Positions 1 to 8,966 are shown, counted from the stretch's first letter. The stretch: 40,088 nucleotides of DNA from Eubacteriales bacterium (GCA_031550915.1 JAVBOF010000018.1:1-40088); one strand, 5' to 3'. Notes: a model not told the origin generated them from the sequence alone. Numbers and translations: made by a program.

Positions 1-1218
1 CAAAAGTACTGAGCTGATTTTTTTGCGCACCTTTTTGCGCGTCATTTCAACAAGCCCGAGCCCTGTCATGCCAATTACGTTTGTCTTTGTCCTGTCTAAC
101 TTCAGCGCTTCTTCCAAAACGGCAATCACCTGTTCTTTGCCCCTTTGTTCCTTCATATCGATAAAATCAATAATGATTATCCCACTTATATCCCTTATGC
201 GAAGCTGGCGGCTGATCTCTTTGGCCGCTTCGATATTGGTCTGCAGTACGGTGTCCTCAAAATCATTGCTGCCGACATATTTTCCGGTATTTACATCTAT
301 GACCGTCAAAGCTTCGGTTTCGTCAATTATTATATATCCGCCGCTTTTTAACCATACCTTCTTGTTCAAAGCCTTTTCGATCTTGGATTCCAGCTCGAAA
401 TAATCAAAGATATCGTAATGCTCGTCAAAATACTTGATCTTTTCCATCTGCCTTGGGGCGATCAGCCCGGCGATCAGCTGCACACGCTGGAAATACTCGA
501 TGTCGTTTATATACATAGCATCGACATCCTCGGTCAAAAGGTCCCTCACAGCCCTGTATACGAGGCTTTCTTCGCTATGGATCAAACGCGGAGCGCGTAA
601 AAGCCTGCTTTTGGATTGAAGCTTGTTCCAGAGGCCTGTCAACAACTCAAATTCATTTATAAAGTCTTCCTTTTGTTTGCCCGCGGCTGCCGTCCGGAGA
701 ATAACGCCAAAATCCTTTGGTTTTATGTCCTCGATTATCTTTTTTAACCGCAGTCTCTCCTGCTCGTCGTCTATCCTTCGCGAAACGCCGATATAGTTTG
801 CCGTGGGCATCAACACCAGCAGTCTTCCCGGCAGGGATATATGCGTAGTTACCCGCGCGCCTTTCGTACCTATAGGGTCCTTCAATACCTGCACCAAAAG
901 CTCCTGCCCCTGCTTTACTATATCCTTTATACTGGTGTTCTCAAGCTTATCCACTACATCGCTTTTGCCGCCAAACTCAAAGTCGGATTTATCCACCATG
1001 ATATCCCCGGCAAAAAGGAACGCGTTCTTTTCCAACCCAATATCTACAAACGCGGCGTGCATACCGGGCAAAATGTTCGCAATACTTCCCTTGTAGATAT
1101 TGCCTACCATGCGTTCGCTTCCCAGCCTTTCAACGTATATCTCGGCAAGGTCCCCGCCCTCGGTCAGCGCAACCCTGGTTTGAAAAGGGTTGATATCCAC
1201 TATCAATTTTTTTTTCAT
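1..1218 (-). CDS. rng: Ribonuclease G/E family protein (Rne/Rng/CafA), 3' end cut by window edge
   Basis: Minus-strand frame is open from ATG at 1218-1216 to position 1. It is absent from the ORF track because it has no stop in the window. Hand translation: MKKKLIVDINPFQTRVALTEGGDLAEIYVERLGSERMVGNIYKGSIANILPGMHAAFVDIGLEKNAFL (S1 domain) ... GGYIIIDETEALTVIDVNTGKY ... GIIIIDFIDM (RNase E/G catalytic core). The plus-strand ORFs at 23-1245 are Ser/Leu-rich shadows. Confidence 0.85.
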   Translation of the reverse strand, partial: MKKKLIVDINPFQTRVALTEGGDLAEIYVERLGSERMVGNIYKGSIANILPGMHAAFVDIGLEKNAFLFAGDIMVDKSDFEFGGKSDVVDKLENTSIKDIVKQGQELLVQVLKDPIGTKGARVTTHISLPGRLLVLMPTANYIGVSRRIDDEQERLRLKKIIEDIKPKDFGVILRTAAAGKQKEDFINEFELLTGLWNKLQSKSRLLRAPRLIHSEESLVYRAVRDLLTEDVDAMYINDIEYFQRVQLIAGLIAPRQMEKIKYFDEHYDIFDYFELESKIEKALNKKVWLKSGGYIIIDETEALTVIDVNTGKYVGSNDFEDTVLQTNIEAAKEISRQLRIRDISGIIIIDFIDMKEQRGKEQVIAVLEEALKLDRTKTNVIGMTGLGLVEMTRKKVRKKISSVLL

Positions 1219-1285
1219 AAAGTATTCACCCTATATAAATATTAACGCAGTTCCACCCGCGCATTATTCGTAAATATCAGCCCGA

Positions 1286-1945
1286 CTAAAGCTCAAGCAG
1301 GCTCTTTCCGTCGCTTGTCAGCAAGCTTTTTCTGCAAATGCCCAAAAAGAGTTCTTTTTCATCCATCTCTGCAATTTTTGAAATGTATGAAAGCAGGAGC
1401 GATGGGTTCAAATTCGCTTTACTGCCGCTGGCAAGCCTCATCATAAGCGTATCGCCCTCTATTTGCGCAGTGAGTATCATTGGGCGCACATCCTCTGAAA
1501 CAACGCCTTTTTTGCCTCTTCTTTCAAGCACTATCTCATTTTTTTCCATTATACCATCAATTATAGGCGCAATAACAGATTTACGATCCTTCGCGATATC
1601 CACGGAATAATCAGCCATTGCAATCTGCGACATCAGCGAAGGATATGCGTCCACTAGCCTGCATTGCACCGCTTCTATCCCCTGCGGCAAGCATGCGTTC
1701 AGCGTCTGCAAAAATTCATCCTGATTTACCGGCTCCTCCAGCGCAATATCGAGATATTCAGCGTCAGAAGCATACCCCAGCGAAAGCGCCGATGCAAAGG
1801 AAAGTACGGGATGCGGGTTAAAGCCTCTGGAGTAGGATATCTTGATGCCGCTTCTGCGGAATGCCCTGCCAAAAAGCCTTTGCAGGTCAAGATGCGATAT
1901 ATAGCATGTGTTCCCCGCCTTGCGAAACTTTACTATCATACGCAT
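1286..1945 (-). CDS. Radical SAM-associated protein (DUF2344 / TIGR03936-like)
   Basis: The ORF track gives 1286-1996. The likely start is MRMIVKF (ATG 1945 or 1939), and the 1939 ATG forms an ATGA overlap with the upstream radical-SAM stop (1936-1939). N-terminal MRMIVKFRKAGNTCYISHLDLQRLFGRAFRRSGI...YSRGFNPHP is typical of this family as I remember it. Confidence 0.75.
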   Translation of the reverse strand: MRMIVKFRKAGNTCYISHLDLQRLFGRAFRRSGIKISYSRGFNPHPVLSFASALSLGYASDAEYLDIALEEPVNQDEFLQTLNACLPQGIEAVQCRLVDAYPSLMSQIAMADYSVDIAKDRKSVIAPIIDGIMEKNEIVLERRGKKGVVSEDVRPMILTAQIEGDTLMMRLASGSKANLNPSLLLSYISKIAEMDEKELFLGICRKSLLTSDGKSLLEL

Positions 1946-3762
1946 AGGCTGCACCCGCTGTTTTGCAAACCGCAGGCGCGGCAGCCCTTTCGGCAATCTT
2001 CAATCGTTTTACCTTCACGCGAACGCGCCCTCTCACTGCGCAAAAAATCCGTATCAATACCGTAGGATATGTGCGCATACGGTAAAAGCCGGTTCTCCGG
2101 CGTCTCACCCGCGGCTATTTCCTGTGCGTCCATGCCAAATTCCGCAAAAGCTTCAAGCCACTTATCAAAATCGAAGTATTCCTTCCATCCGTCAAATTTA
2201 CAACCCTTTTCAAAGGCGCGGAATATGATTTGTGAAAGCTCCCTTCCTCCTTTGGCAAAGACAGCTTCAAGCATACTGCTTTTAACATCATGCCAGCTGT
2301 AATCAACATAGCGCTGTCTAAAGCATTCCTTCAGATAACGCTGTTTGCCGATCAGGGTATTCATGGTATTCTGGCCCTCCCATTGGAACGGAGTATGCGG
2401 CTTCGGCACAAACGAAGACGTACTTACCGATATCCGGAGCCCCTTTGCGCGCTTATCCTTAGGTATTGCGTAATATCTCGCGGCGACGGCTTCGACCAAA
2501 GCTACGATGCCGTCCAGATCCTCCATCGTCTCGGTTGGAAGGCCTATCATAAAATATAGTTTAACGGAATTCCACCCGGCTTCAAAAGCCTGTCCAACGC
2601 TCTCCAACAGGTCATTCTCTTCAACGTTCTTGTTAATGACATCCCGCAGCCTTTGCGTACCGGCTTCAGGAGCAAATGTCAGCGAAGATTTCCTTACGGT
2701 TGTCGTTTCCTTTATATGATCCCTGCCATATGAATCTATGCGCAGTGACGGAAGAGCCAGTGAGACCCTTTTTTCTTCAAGCTCGTCCCTAAGCTCCGTA
2801 ATAAGCTCCCTCAGGCCAGAATAATCGCCCGAGCTCAGCGAAGCGAGCGACACCTCATCATATCCCGTGGAATCCACTAGCCGGATGGCGCAATCCTTCA
2901 GCGTCTGCACATTGCGCTCCCTCAGCGGCCTGTATATGTACCCGGCCTGACAAAACCTGCATCCGCGAGTACATCCCCGCATTATCTCAAGGCTTATCCT
3001 GTCATGCACTATATCGACATACGGCACAATGAAGCTTTCTGGGTATAAAGCCGCGTCAAGGTCTTTTACAAAGGTCTTTTCTATTTTTACATCCTTGCCC
3101 CCGCCGTCCTTAAAGCCCGTGATGACGCTTCCTTCCATCTGCGGGAACACCAGCGAAGGAACATAGGCGCCCTTTAGCTTAGATACACGCTTCAAAAAGC
3201 CTTCCCTCGGTTCATCGGAGCGTTTCCACTTTATATATTCATCCAATATATCGTTGATTATTTCCTCGCCGTCGCCCAACACGAAAATATCGATAAACTC
3301 CCAAAGTGGCTCCGGATTGCAGCAGCAAGGCCCGCCCGCTATTACAAACGGCCCTTCCCTACGCTCCGCAGTCCTAAGCGGCACGCCCGAAAGGTCTAGC
3401 ATATTTAATACATTGGTATAGCAAAGCTCGTACTGCAGCGTGAATCCGATGATATCGAACGCCTTCAGCCCTGTCGCCGTCTCAAGCGAAAAGAGCTCGA
3501 TCCCGTCCTCTCTCATCCGTTGCTCCATATCTCCATAAGGGGCAAATACCCTTTCACAATAAGAGTCCTTGCGAGCGTTTATGATGTTGTATAATATCTT
3601 CATTCCAATATGGGACATTCCGACTTCATACGCGTCCGGAAAGGCGAAAGCAAACCGTATATCTACGCCATCCGTTGTTTTTACAACTGAATTATATTCT
3701 CCGCCACAATATCTGCCGGGCTTTTCAACGCTTTTCAGCGCCTGTTTTATCTTTGGATCCAA
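1936..3762 (-). CDS. B12-binding-domain radical SAM protein (TIGR03960-like), function unknown
   Basis: 608-aa ORF. Radical SAM CxxxCxxC in MRGCTRGCRFCQAG (codons at 2950-2973). The N-terminal half resembles a B12-binding-like domain. A second CX3CX2C-spaced Cys cluster sits at the extreme C-terminus (CRKGCRACGLQNSGCSLCV). Confidence 0.85.
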   Translation of the reverse strand: MDPKIKQALKSVEKPGRYCGGEYNSVVKTTDGVDIRFAFAFPDAYEVGMSHIGMKILYNIINARKDSYCERVFAPYGDMEQRMREDGIELFSLETATGLKAFDIIGFTLQYELCYTNVLNMLDLSGVPLRTAERREGPFVIAGGPCCCNPEPLWEFIDIFVLGDGEEIINDILDEYIKWKRSDEPREGFLKRVSKLKGAYVPSLVFPQMEGSVITGFKDGGGKDVKIEKTFVKDLDAALYPESFIVPYVDIVHDRISLEIMRGCTRGCRFCQAGYIYRPLRERNVQTLKDCAIRLVDSTGYDEVSLASLSSGDYSGLRELITELRDELEEKRVSLALPSLRIDSYGRDHIKETTTVRKSSLTFAPEAGTQRLRDVINKNVEENDLLESVGQAFEAGWNSVKLYFMIGLPTETMEDLDGIVALVEAVAARYYAIPKDKRAKGLRISVSTSSFVPKPHTPFQWEGQNTMNTLIGKQRYLKECFRQRYVDYSWHDVKSSMLEAVFAKGGRELSQIIFRAFEKGCKFDGWKEYFDFDKWLEAFAEFGMDAQEIAAGETPENRLLPYAHISYGIDTDFLRSERARSREGKTIEDCRKGCRACGLQNSGCSLCV

Positions 3763-3899
3763 TTGACCTCCAAATCAGCGGAAACATATGGATAACTTTG
3801 TACCGCCGACCCTGTTTCTTTGACCGTTGTTCTGTTTTAGTACTATACCACCTAAAGGCCAATCTTTCAACACGCTTTGGCATAGCGCCATTCAAACGG

Positions 3900-4775
3900 C
3901 TATAGTAGGTCTTTCAGTTTTACCGTGGTCCCATATCCAATCATGCCTTCAAGAAGCATGTCCTGCGTTATATGTCCGATTATACCGCCCCTGCCGTCCA
4001 GTACACAGACAATATGGTACCTGTTCGGACGGAACATCGCGACGATCTTGCCCCCCGTTTCAGAGCCCTCCGCGGCAATATACCGTATCTTCATATTTCC
4101 ACGGCGCCCCATAGCGCCCTTCCTGCCCGCCATAGTTTTTATAACTGCGTACGGCTTTTTTTTCATCTCTGCGAAAGCCGAAAGCAAAAGCATTGCCGCG
4201 ACGCCAAAAACCATTGGTTTTAAGCTGCCAGCGGCAAGGTAGTATATCCCCGCGGCAACCATACCCGCTGCAATTAAAAAGCTCAAAAATATGCATATTG
4301 ACTCGGCGGTCTTTTCATTAACAGCAAAAGAAAGGGCCGCACGAAGCGCCCTTCCACCATCCATTGGAAACGAAGGCAACATATTGAAAACGGCTATCGC
4401 CATAGAACATTGCGCAAACATCCGGAACCCGTCCTGCATAAATGGCATCCAGGCGCCAAAGCATATGCATGCGGTCGCGCAGAAAAAGCTGAATACAGGG
4501 CCAACGAGGGCAATGACGCATTCGGCGCCCTGCCCGGCAAATTCCAGCCCCTCAACGACGGCAACGCCGCCCAACGGCATTATATCAAGGCTTTGTACCC
4601 TCAACCCAAACATCCTTGCCGCAAAAGCATGGCTCAGTTCGTGCAGAAGCACCGCCGTAAACATATTCACAAGCAAAACAACGTCTCCAAACAATAAAAG
4701 GAGCGGTATTGCCGGTATTATCAGCAGGTTCAGCCTTATTCGAACATCCAGTATGCATCCAATATAAAGATTCAT
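3900..4775 (-). CDS. spoIVFB: Site-2 (M50) intramembrane metalloprotease with C-terminal CBS domain, SpoIVFB-like
   Basis: HExxH in LLHELSHAF. Second M50 motif NxxPxxxxDG in FNMLPSFPMDGGR. Multiple TM helices and a C-terminal CBS-like region. Its start lies 4 nt after the stop of the upstream degenerate LytM gene. Confidence 0.75.
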   Translation of the reverse strand: MNLYIGCILDVRIRLNLLIIPAIPLLLLFGDVVLLVNMFTAVLLHELSHAFAARMFGLRVQSLDIMPLGGVAVVEGLEFAGQGAECVIALVGPVFSFFCATACICFGAWMPFMQDGFRMFAQCSMAIAVFNMLPSFPMDGGRALRAALSFAVNEKTAESICIFLSFLIAAGMVAAGIYYLAAGSLKPMVFGVAAMLLLSAFAEMKKKPYAVIKTMAGRKGAMGRRGNMKIRYIAAEGSETGGKIVAMFRPNRYHIVCVLDGRGGIIGHITQDMLLEGMIGYGTTVKLKDLL

Positions 4776-4778
4776 ACA

Positions 4779-5606
4779 TTACTTTGTATCCGTCTGGTTC
4801 ATCGTCTCCTGGGATTCGTCATCCGTCGCGTGAAAGCTCGTTCCCAGATAGACCGAAGGATCTACCGCCACACCCTGGCGCAATACGGAGAACCTGGCCT
4901 GTTGCCCGGAAGCCAATTGCGCAATGGATTCGCCCTGCAATAGTGTATCCCCTTCGGCAACCTCAGGTATTCCGTCAAAACTGTATCGCGATGAAAGCTG
5001 TCCATCATGCTGCAGAGTTACGGTACAAAGTTCATCCACGCTCTCTACGCTTTGTACAAGACCGTCCTCCGCGGCAACTACCTGCGTATTTTCCGTCGCC
5101 ATTATCGTCACGCTGTCGCTAAATCCTTCCTTAAAGGCTGTTGTGACTATGCCTTCGACGGGCAAAAGCATGTTTGTTCCGGCCGCAGCCATCACTTCTT
5201 GGGATTCTGCGTTGGTATTCTGCACAAACTTGAGCTTTCCAAGGCTGTCATCAATGCTCAAATCGAAAGTTATCGCCGTTTTCACCCCATCCGTTACACT
5301 TTTTGCAAACGGCGAATCTATGTTTTTCAGAAGCAGCATACAAAGGCATACCGCGGCGCAAACAATTAGCCTCATAACCAAAGTCCGCATACCGCCGTCA
5401 TCCCGTTCCTCAGTCTTTGTGCTATTCGGCAAAACAGCCGTCGCCCGCCGTCTGCGCCGTACCAGTCCCAAAGCCGGCGCAGCATTTGAATCCTTACGCC
5501 CTTCATCATCAGGTTTGCTTTCAGCTATTGCTTCGTTTTCTTTTGGTGTACCCTGCACAATAAACGGAGTCGTCTCCAGCTTCCTTATATACCCGTTGTT
5601 ATCCAT
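4779..5606 (-). CDS. Membrane protein with degenerate LytM/M23 domain (SpoIVFA-like)
   Basis: The track ORF is 4779-5753. The likely start is ATG 5606 (MDNNGYIRK), preceded by AGGAGGG (5613-5619 on the reverse strand). One TM helix (LIVCAAVCLCMLLL). The C-terminal LytM-like fold lacks the HxxxD and HxH zinc ligands. Position immediately upstream of the spoIVFB-like gene matches the spoIVFA/FB pair. Confidence 0.6.
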   Translation of the reverse strand: MDNNGYIRKLETTPFIVQGTPKENEAIAESKPDDEGRKDSNAAPALGLVRRRRRATAVLPNSTKTEERDDGGMRTLVMRLIVCAAVCLCMLLLKNIDSPFAKSVTDGVKTAITFDLSIDDSLGKLKFVQNTNAESQEVMAAAGTNMLLPVEGIVTTAFKEGFSDSVTIMATENTQVVAAEDGLVQSVESVDELCTVTLQHDGQLSSRYSFDGIPEVAEGDTLLQGESIAQLASGQQARFSVLRQGVAVDPSVYLGTSFHATDDESQETMNQTDTK

Positions 5607-5814
5607 GCGATACCCTCCTATTGCCCTATGATTTAAAATATATGCAGGCAAAAAAATAATATTATCAGCGTGAAGGACAAATCGGGTTGATAAGTGATTT
5701 TTTATCAACGCCGTTTGATATGTTACTGTTCTAAATGATCCCTGTATCGACATAATAAGTGTCCGGTTTCGTCAAAACTTTACAAATGAATACATTCTTA
5801 TGACGCCGGGACTT

Positions 5815-5844
5815 ATTGATAAATCAAGCCTTTTGGGTTAAAAT
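5815..5844 (+). promoter_or_regulatory. Candidate sigma-A type promoter of minCDE
   Basis: TTGATA (5815-5820), 18-nt spacer, TAAAAT (5839-5844), about 47 nt upstream of the minC ATG. Confidence 0.35.
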
Positions 5845-5890
5845 TATTGGGTCATATTTATTATTATTATTTTTGTTGGGGAGCACCAAA

Positions 5891-6562
5891 ATGCAGGAAG
5901 AATATATAGTATTGAAAGGCCGTAAGGGCGGCTTTGAAATAATACTTTCACAACGGGCGACTTTTTTTATGATAAGGGAAGCGCTTATAGAGAAGCTCAA
6001 TATGAATAAGCGCTTTTTTGAAGGAAGCAATACCAAGGTACGGATAATAGGCAAAAAACTTTCTTTAGCCCAGCAGAGAGAGATAAAGACGATGCTGGAA
6101 AATGCATACGGCATGAACGACGTAGAGTTTTATAAGGATGCGCCGCCCGAAGATGTCAAAACTGACGCGGAGGTTGAAATATCGTCCGCGGTGGCAAGCG
6201 GCTTTATCCGCAAGACTATACGCAGCGGACAAACCATCGAAAGCGAAGGCGACATCGTTATTTTGGGCGATGTGGACACGGGCGCCCAGCTTATCGCCAA
6301 GGGCAGCATATGCGTAATGGGAGAGCTGAAGGGCTCGGCACACGCCGGCTGCAAAGGCAATGAGGATAGCGTAGTATCCGCGCTTGTATTAACGCCTACG
6401 CAATTGAAGATAGCCGATCTGTCTTTGCTTTCAACCGAAGGACAGGAGTACCAACCCCTGTATCCCGAGATTGCAAGGGCGGAAAAAGGCGCAATCGTTA
6501 TTGAACCGCTATATATCCCGCAGGACGCGAGGAAACGAAAACGAAGGATCATCAACAGATAA
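5891..6562 (+). CDS. minC: Septum site-determining protein MinC
   Basis: ATG 5891 (MQEEYIVLKGRKGG) follows GGGGAG. The C-terminal beta-helix repeat is GDIVILGDV..GAQLIAKGSICVMGELKGSAHAG. It is followed by minD and minE. Confidence 0.85.
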   Translation: MQEEYIVLKGRKGGFEIILSQRATFFMIREALIEKLNMNKRFFEGSNTKVRIIGKKLSLAQQREIKTMLENAYGMNDVEFYKDAPPEDVKTDAEVEISSAVASGFIRKTIRSGQTIESEGDIVILGDVDTGAQLIAKGSICVMGELKGSAHAGCKGNEDSVVSALVLTPTQLKIADLSLLSTEGQEYQPLYPEIARAEKGAIVIEPLYIPQDARKRKRRIINR

Positions 6563-6575
6563 TACGGAGGACGCA

Positions 6576-7385
6576 ATGGCTCAGGTATTCGTAATAACAT
6601 CCGGAAAAGGCGGCGTTGGAAAAACCACAACCACGGCTAATATCGGGGCAGGCCTTGCCGCTAAGGGGTATAAAACGGTGATGCTGGATACGGATATCGG
6701 ATTGCGTAACCTTGACGTGGTTTTGGGCCTCGAAAACAGGATAGTATTTGATATAGTCGATGTCGCGGAGGAGAGGTGTAAACTGCGGCAGGCGCTGATT
6801 AAGGATAAACGATTCCCCTCCCTTTTCCTTATGCCCGCTTCCCAAACCAAGGAAAAAAGCGCAATTACCCAGCAGCAAATGATAAAGATAGTGGATCAGC
6901 TAAGGCATGATCATGATTATATAATCATAGACTGCCCTGCCGGAATAGAGCAGGGCTTTAAGAATGCTATCGCGGCGGCAGACCGCGCAATTATAGTTAC
7001 GGTGCCGGAGGTATCGGCCCTGCGTGATGCGGATAGGATCATCGGCCTGCTTGCGGCAAACGATATCACAGATATGAAGCTTATCATCAACCGGCTCCGC
7101 GCCGATATGGTCAAAAGCGGCGGCATGCTGAATATCGACGATACGCTTGATATTTTGGGCATTGACCTTTTGGGCGTCGTTCCAGAAGACGATAATATTT
7201 TGAAGTCCAGCAATACCGGCGAACCGATCGTCACCTTGGATAAAACCCCCGCAGGAAAAGCCTTCGGTAATATAGTCAGCAGGATAATGGGCGAGGATGT
7301 TCCGATTTGTGCGATAGAAGAGGAATCCCGGCTTATGCAAAGGCTGCGCAAGCTGTTTAACGGAAAACAATTGCGGAGGGCATAG
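6576..7385 (+). CDS. minD: Septum site-determining ATPase MinD
   Basis: ATG 6576 follows GGAGG (6566-6570). Deviant Walker A is MAQVFVITSGKGGVGKTT. It has a C-terminal amphipathic tail. The longer track ORF (from 6471) overlaps minC and is rejected. Confidence 0.95.
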   Translation: MAQVFVITSGKGGVGKTTTTANIGAGLAAKGYKTVMLDTDIGLRNLDVVLGLENRIVFDIVDVAEERCKLRQALIKDKRFPSLFLMPASQTKEKSAITQQQMIKIVDQLRHDHDYIIIDCPAGIEQGFKNAIAAADRAIIVTVPEVSALRDADRIIGLLAANDITDMKLIINRLRADMVKSGGMLNIDDTLDILGIDLLGVVPEDDNILKSSNTGEPIVTLDKTPAGKAFGNIVSRIMGEDVPICAIEEESRLMQRLRKLFNGKQLRRA

Positions 7386-7391
7386 ATAGAA

Positions 7392-7658
7392 ATGGGATTT
7401 TTACAAAACCTCTTCAAAAAACCCGATGCCAGTAAAAATATCGCAAAGGAAAGGCTGCATCTTGTCATAATGCATGACAGGTGCGAGTTTTCGCCTGCTT
7501 TCCTTGAGAATATTCGCAAGGATATGGTCGAGGTCATTTCCAAATATTTGGTTGTCGAAGAAAAAGATTGTTTTATTGAATTATCTCGAAAAGAGAACCA
7601 ATTTGGTACTGTTTTATCTGTTATATCCGCAAACATGACAATAAAAAGGCAAAAATGA
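7392..7658 (+). CDS. minE: Cell division topological specificity factor MinE
   Basis: 88 aa, MGFLQNLFKKP...AKERLHLVIMHDR is the typical MinE N-terminus. It starts 6 nt after minD. Confidence 0.9.
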   Translation: MGFLQNLFKKPDASKNIAKERLHLVIMHDRCEFSPAFLENIRKDMVEVISKYLVVEEKDCFIELSRKENQFGTVLSVISANMTIKRQK

Positions 7659-7724
7659 AATTTTTGCTGGCTTTTAACTGTTTGTTATGATAAAATTTCT
7701 CAAATACATTTGAGGGATTTTTTT

Positions 7725-8966
7725 ATGCTCACTCGTTTAGCTTGCCAACCGATCCTCGATCTGAAGGATAAAGTCTACGCTTATGAGATCCTTTATAGAG
7801 ACAGCGAGGAAAACGCATACAGAGAAGGTACCGACGGTAATATGGCTTCTTCCAGAGTTATGGTAGACAGCTTTTTTGGGTTCGGGATAGATAAACTCGT
7901 AGGAAATAAGATGGCTTTTATCAATTTTACCGAAGAACTTTTGGAAAACGACGTCGCAACTCTCTTTCCGAAGGAGAAGCTTGTTGTAGAAGTGTTGGAG
8001 ACCGTCAGGGTGACCGATACCATAATCGATAGGATAACAACATTAAAAAAAATCGGCTACCAGATAGCTTTAGATGATTTTATGCTTACCGAAGAAATAG
8101 AACCGCTCATAAAGATCGCGGACATTATAAAGCTGGATTTTCTCGAAACTACAATGCCTATGTTGGCGGAATACATAAAAAAGACCTCCCGTACCGGTCT
8201 TAAATACCTTGCCGAAAAGATCGAATCCAATCAATCCTACAATATTGCAAAGAAACTCGGTGTTTCCTATTTCCAGGGTTTCTATTTTAGTAAGCCAATT
8301 GTATATTCCGAATCCGATCTGAAACCGCTTCCAATAAATGAGATGGATCTGCTTCACGCGGTAGATAAAAAGAATTTCAACTTCAACGTTGTCGCAAATA
8401 TCATCAGGCAGGATGTTTCGCTCACATATAAGCTGCTTAGGCTGGCAAATTCCGCCGGCTTTGGATACCGCATGAGGATCAACGATGTTTTGCACGCGCT
8501 TGCGGCCCTCGGTGAAGTCGAAATAAAAAAATGGGTGACTTTGGTTTCCATGATGGGTCTCTGTCAAAACCATCCCCTGGAACTGTTGCGGCTTTCGCTC
8601 CAGCGCGCAAAGTATATGGAGGAGATCGCATACCTCAAAGGTATGAAAGACGCCGCTCCGGGCATGTTTATGACCGGCCTGTTTTCGCTTTTGGAGATTA
8701 TGCTCAACCGGGACTATTTCACCATATTCGAAGAGATTAGCGTTGCCAAAGAGGTTCAGGATGCCTTACTGCATAAAAAAGGCCCCTACCGAAAATTTCT
8801 CAGGCTGGTTATAGCTCACGAACAGGCAAATTGGGACAGGTTCTATGAGGCTGTGGAAAAGCTTGGGCTCAGTGAAGAAAAGCTTATGAACAGTTTCATA
8901 TCCGCCAGCGACTGGAGCAACAAGATAGTCTCCATCGCGGAGGACGAAGAGACAAGAGAAAAATAA
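7725..8966 (+). CDS. EAL domain + HDOD domain protein (putative c-di-GMP phosphodiesterase/effector)
   Basis: ATG 7725 follows GAGGGA. EAL-family catalytic columns are present: EILYR, FINFTE, VVEVLE, ALDDF, IIKLD, AEKIE, QGFYFSKP. The C-terminal half has an HDOD-like LLRLANSAGFG. Confidence 0.85.
   Translation: MLTRLACQPILDLKDKVYAYEILYRDSEENAYREGTDGNMASSRVMVDSFFGFGIDKLVGNKMAFINFTEELLENDVATLFPKEKLVVEVLETVRVTDTIIDRITTLKKIGYQIALDDFMLTEEIEPLIKIADIIKLDFLETTMPMLAEYIKKTSRTGLKYLAEKIESNQSYNIAKKLGVSYFQGFYFSKPIVYSESDLKPLPINEMDLLHAVDKKNFNFNVVANIIRQDVSLTYKLLRLANSAGFGYRMRINDVLHALAALGEVEIKKWVTLVSMMGLCQNHPLELLRLSLQRAKYMEEIAYLKGMKDAAPGMFMTGLFSLLEIMLNRDYFTIFEEISVAKEVQDALLHKKGPYRKFLRLVIAHEQANWDRFYEAVEKLGLSEEKLMNSFISASDWSNKIVSIAEDEETREK

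Noticed and set aside
1207-1215. A9 homopolymer (T9 on the plus strand) at codons 2-4 of rng as a possible slip-strand switch
   Set aside because: It simply encodes KKK after the ATG, a common Lys-rich, A-rich start in AT-biased Firmicutes. No alternative frame would be rescued by slippage.
23-1245. Several plus-strand ORFs (23-403, 145-351, 418-619, 803-1245) at the window start
   Set aside because: They are low-complexity, Ser/Leu/Phe-rich and lack RBSs. The opposite strand encodes an uninterrupted RNase G/E homologue with clear S1 and catalytic motifs, so they are shadow ORFs.
4924-5631. Long antisense ORFs inside real genes (4924-5631 +, 6917-7636 -, 23442-24035 +, 28382-28945 +, 31941-32477 +, 35070-35531 -, 6130-6630 -)
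   Set aside because: Each lies fully within, and antisense to or out of frame with, a gene that has strong family motifs. Their translations are Ser/Pro/Arg-biased with no recognisable domains.
5816-5890. N-terminal extensions in the ORF track (minC from 5816, minD from 6471, argC from 34423, eda to 24076, ADH from 25426, spoIVFA-like to 5753, HlyD to 34351, ABC ATPase to 33129)
   Set aside because: The extensions overlap upstream genes or lack an RBS. Internal starts with GGAGG-type RBSs give N-termini that match the family consensus (for example MAQVFVITSGKGGVGKTT, MIKAGVLGATGYAG).
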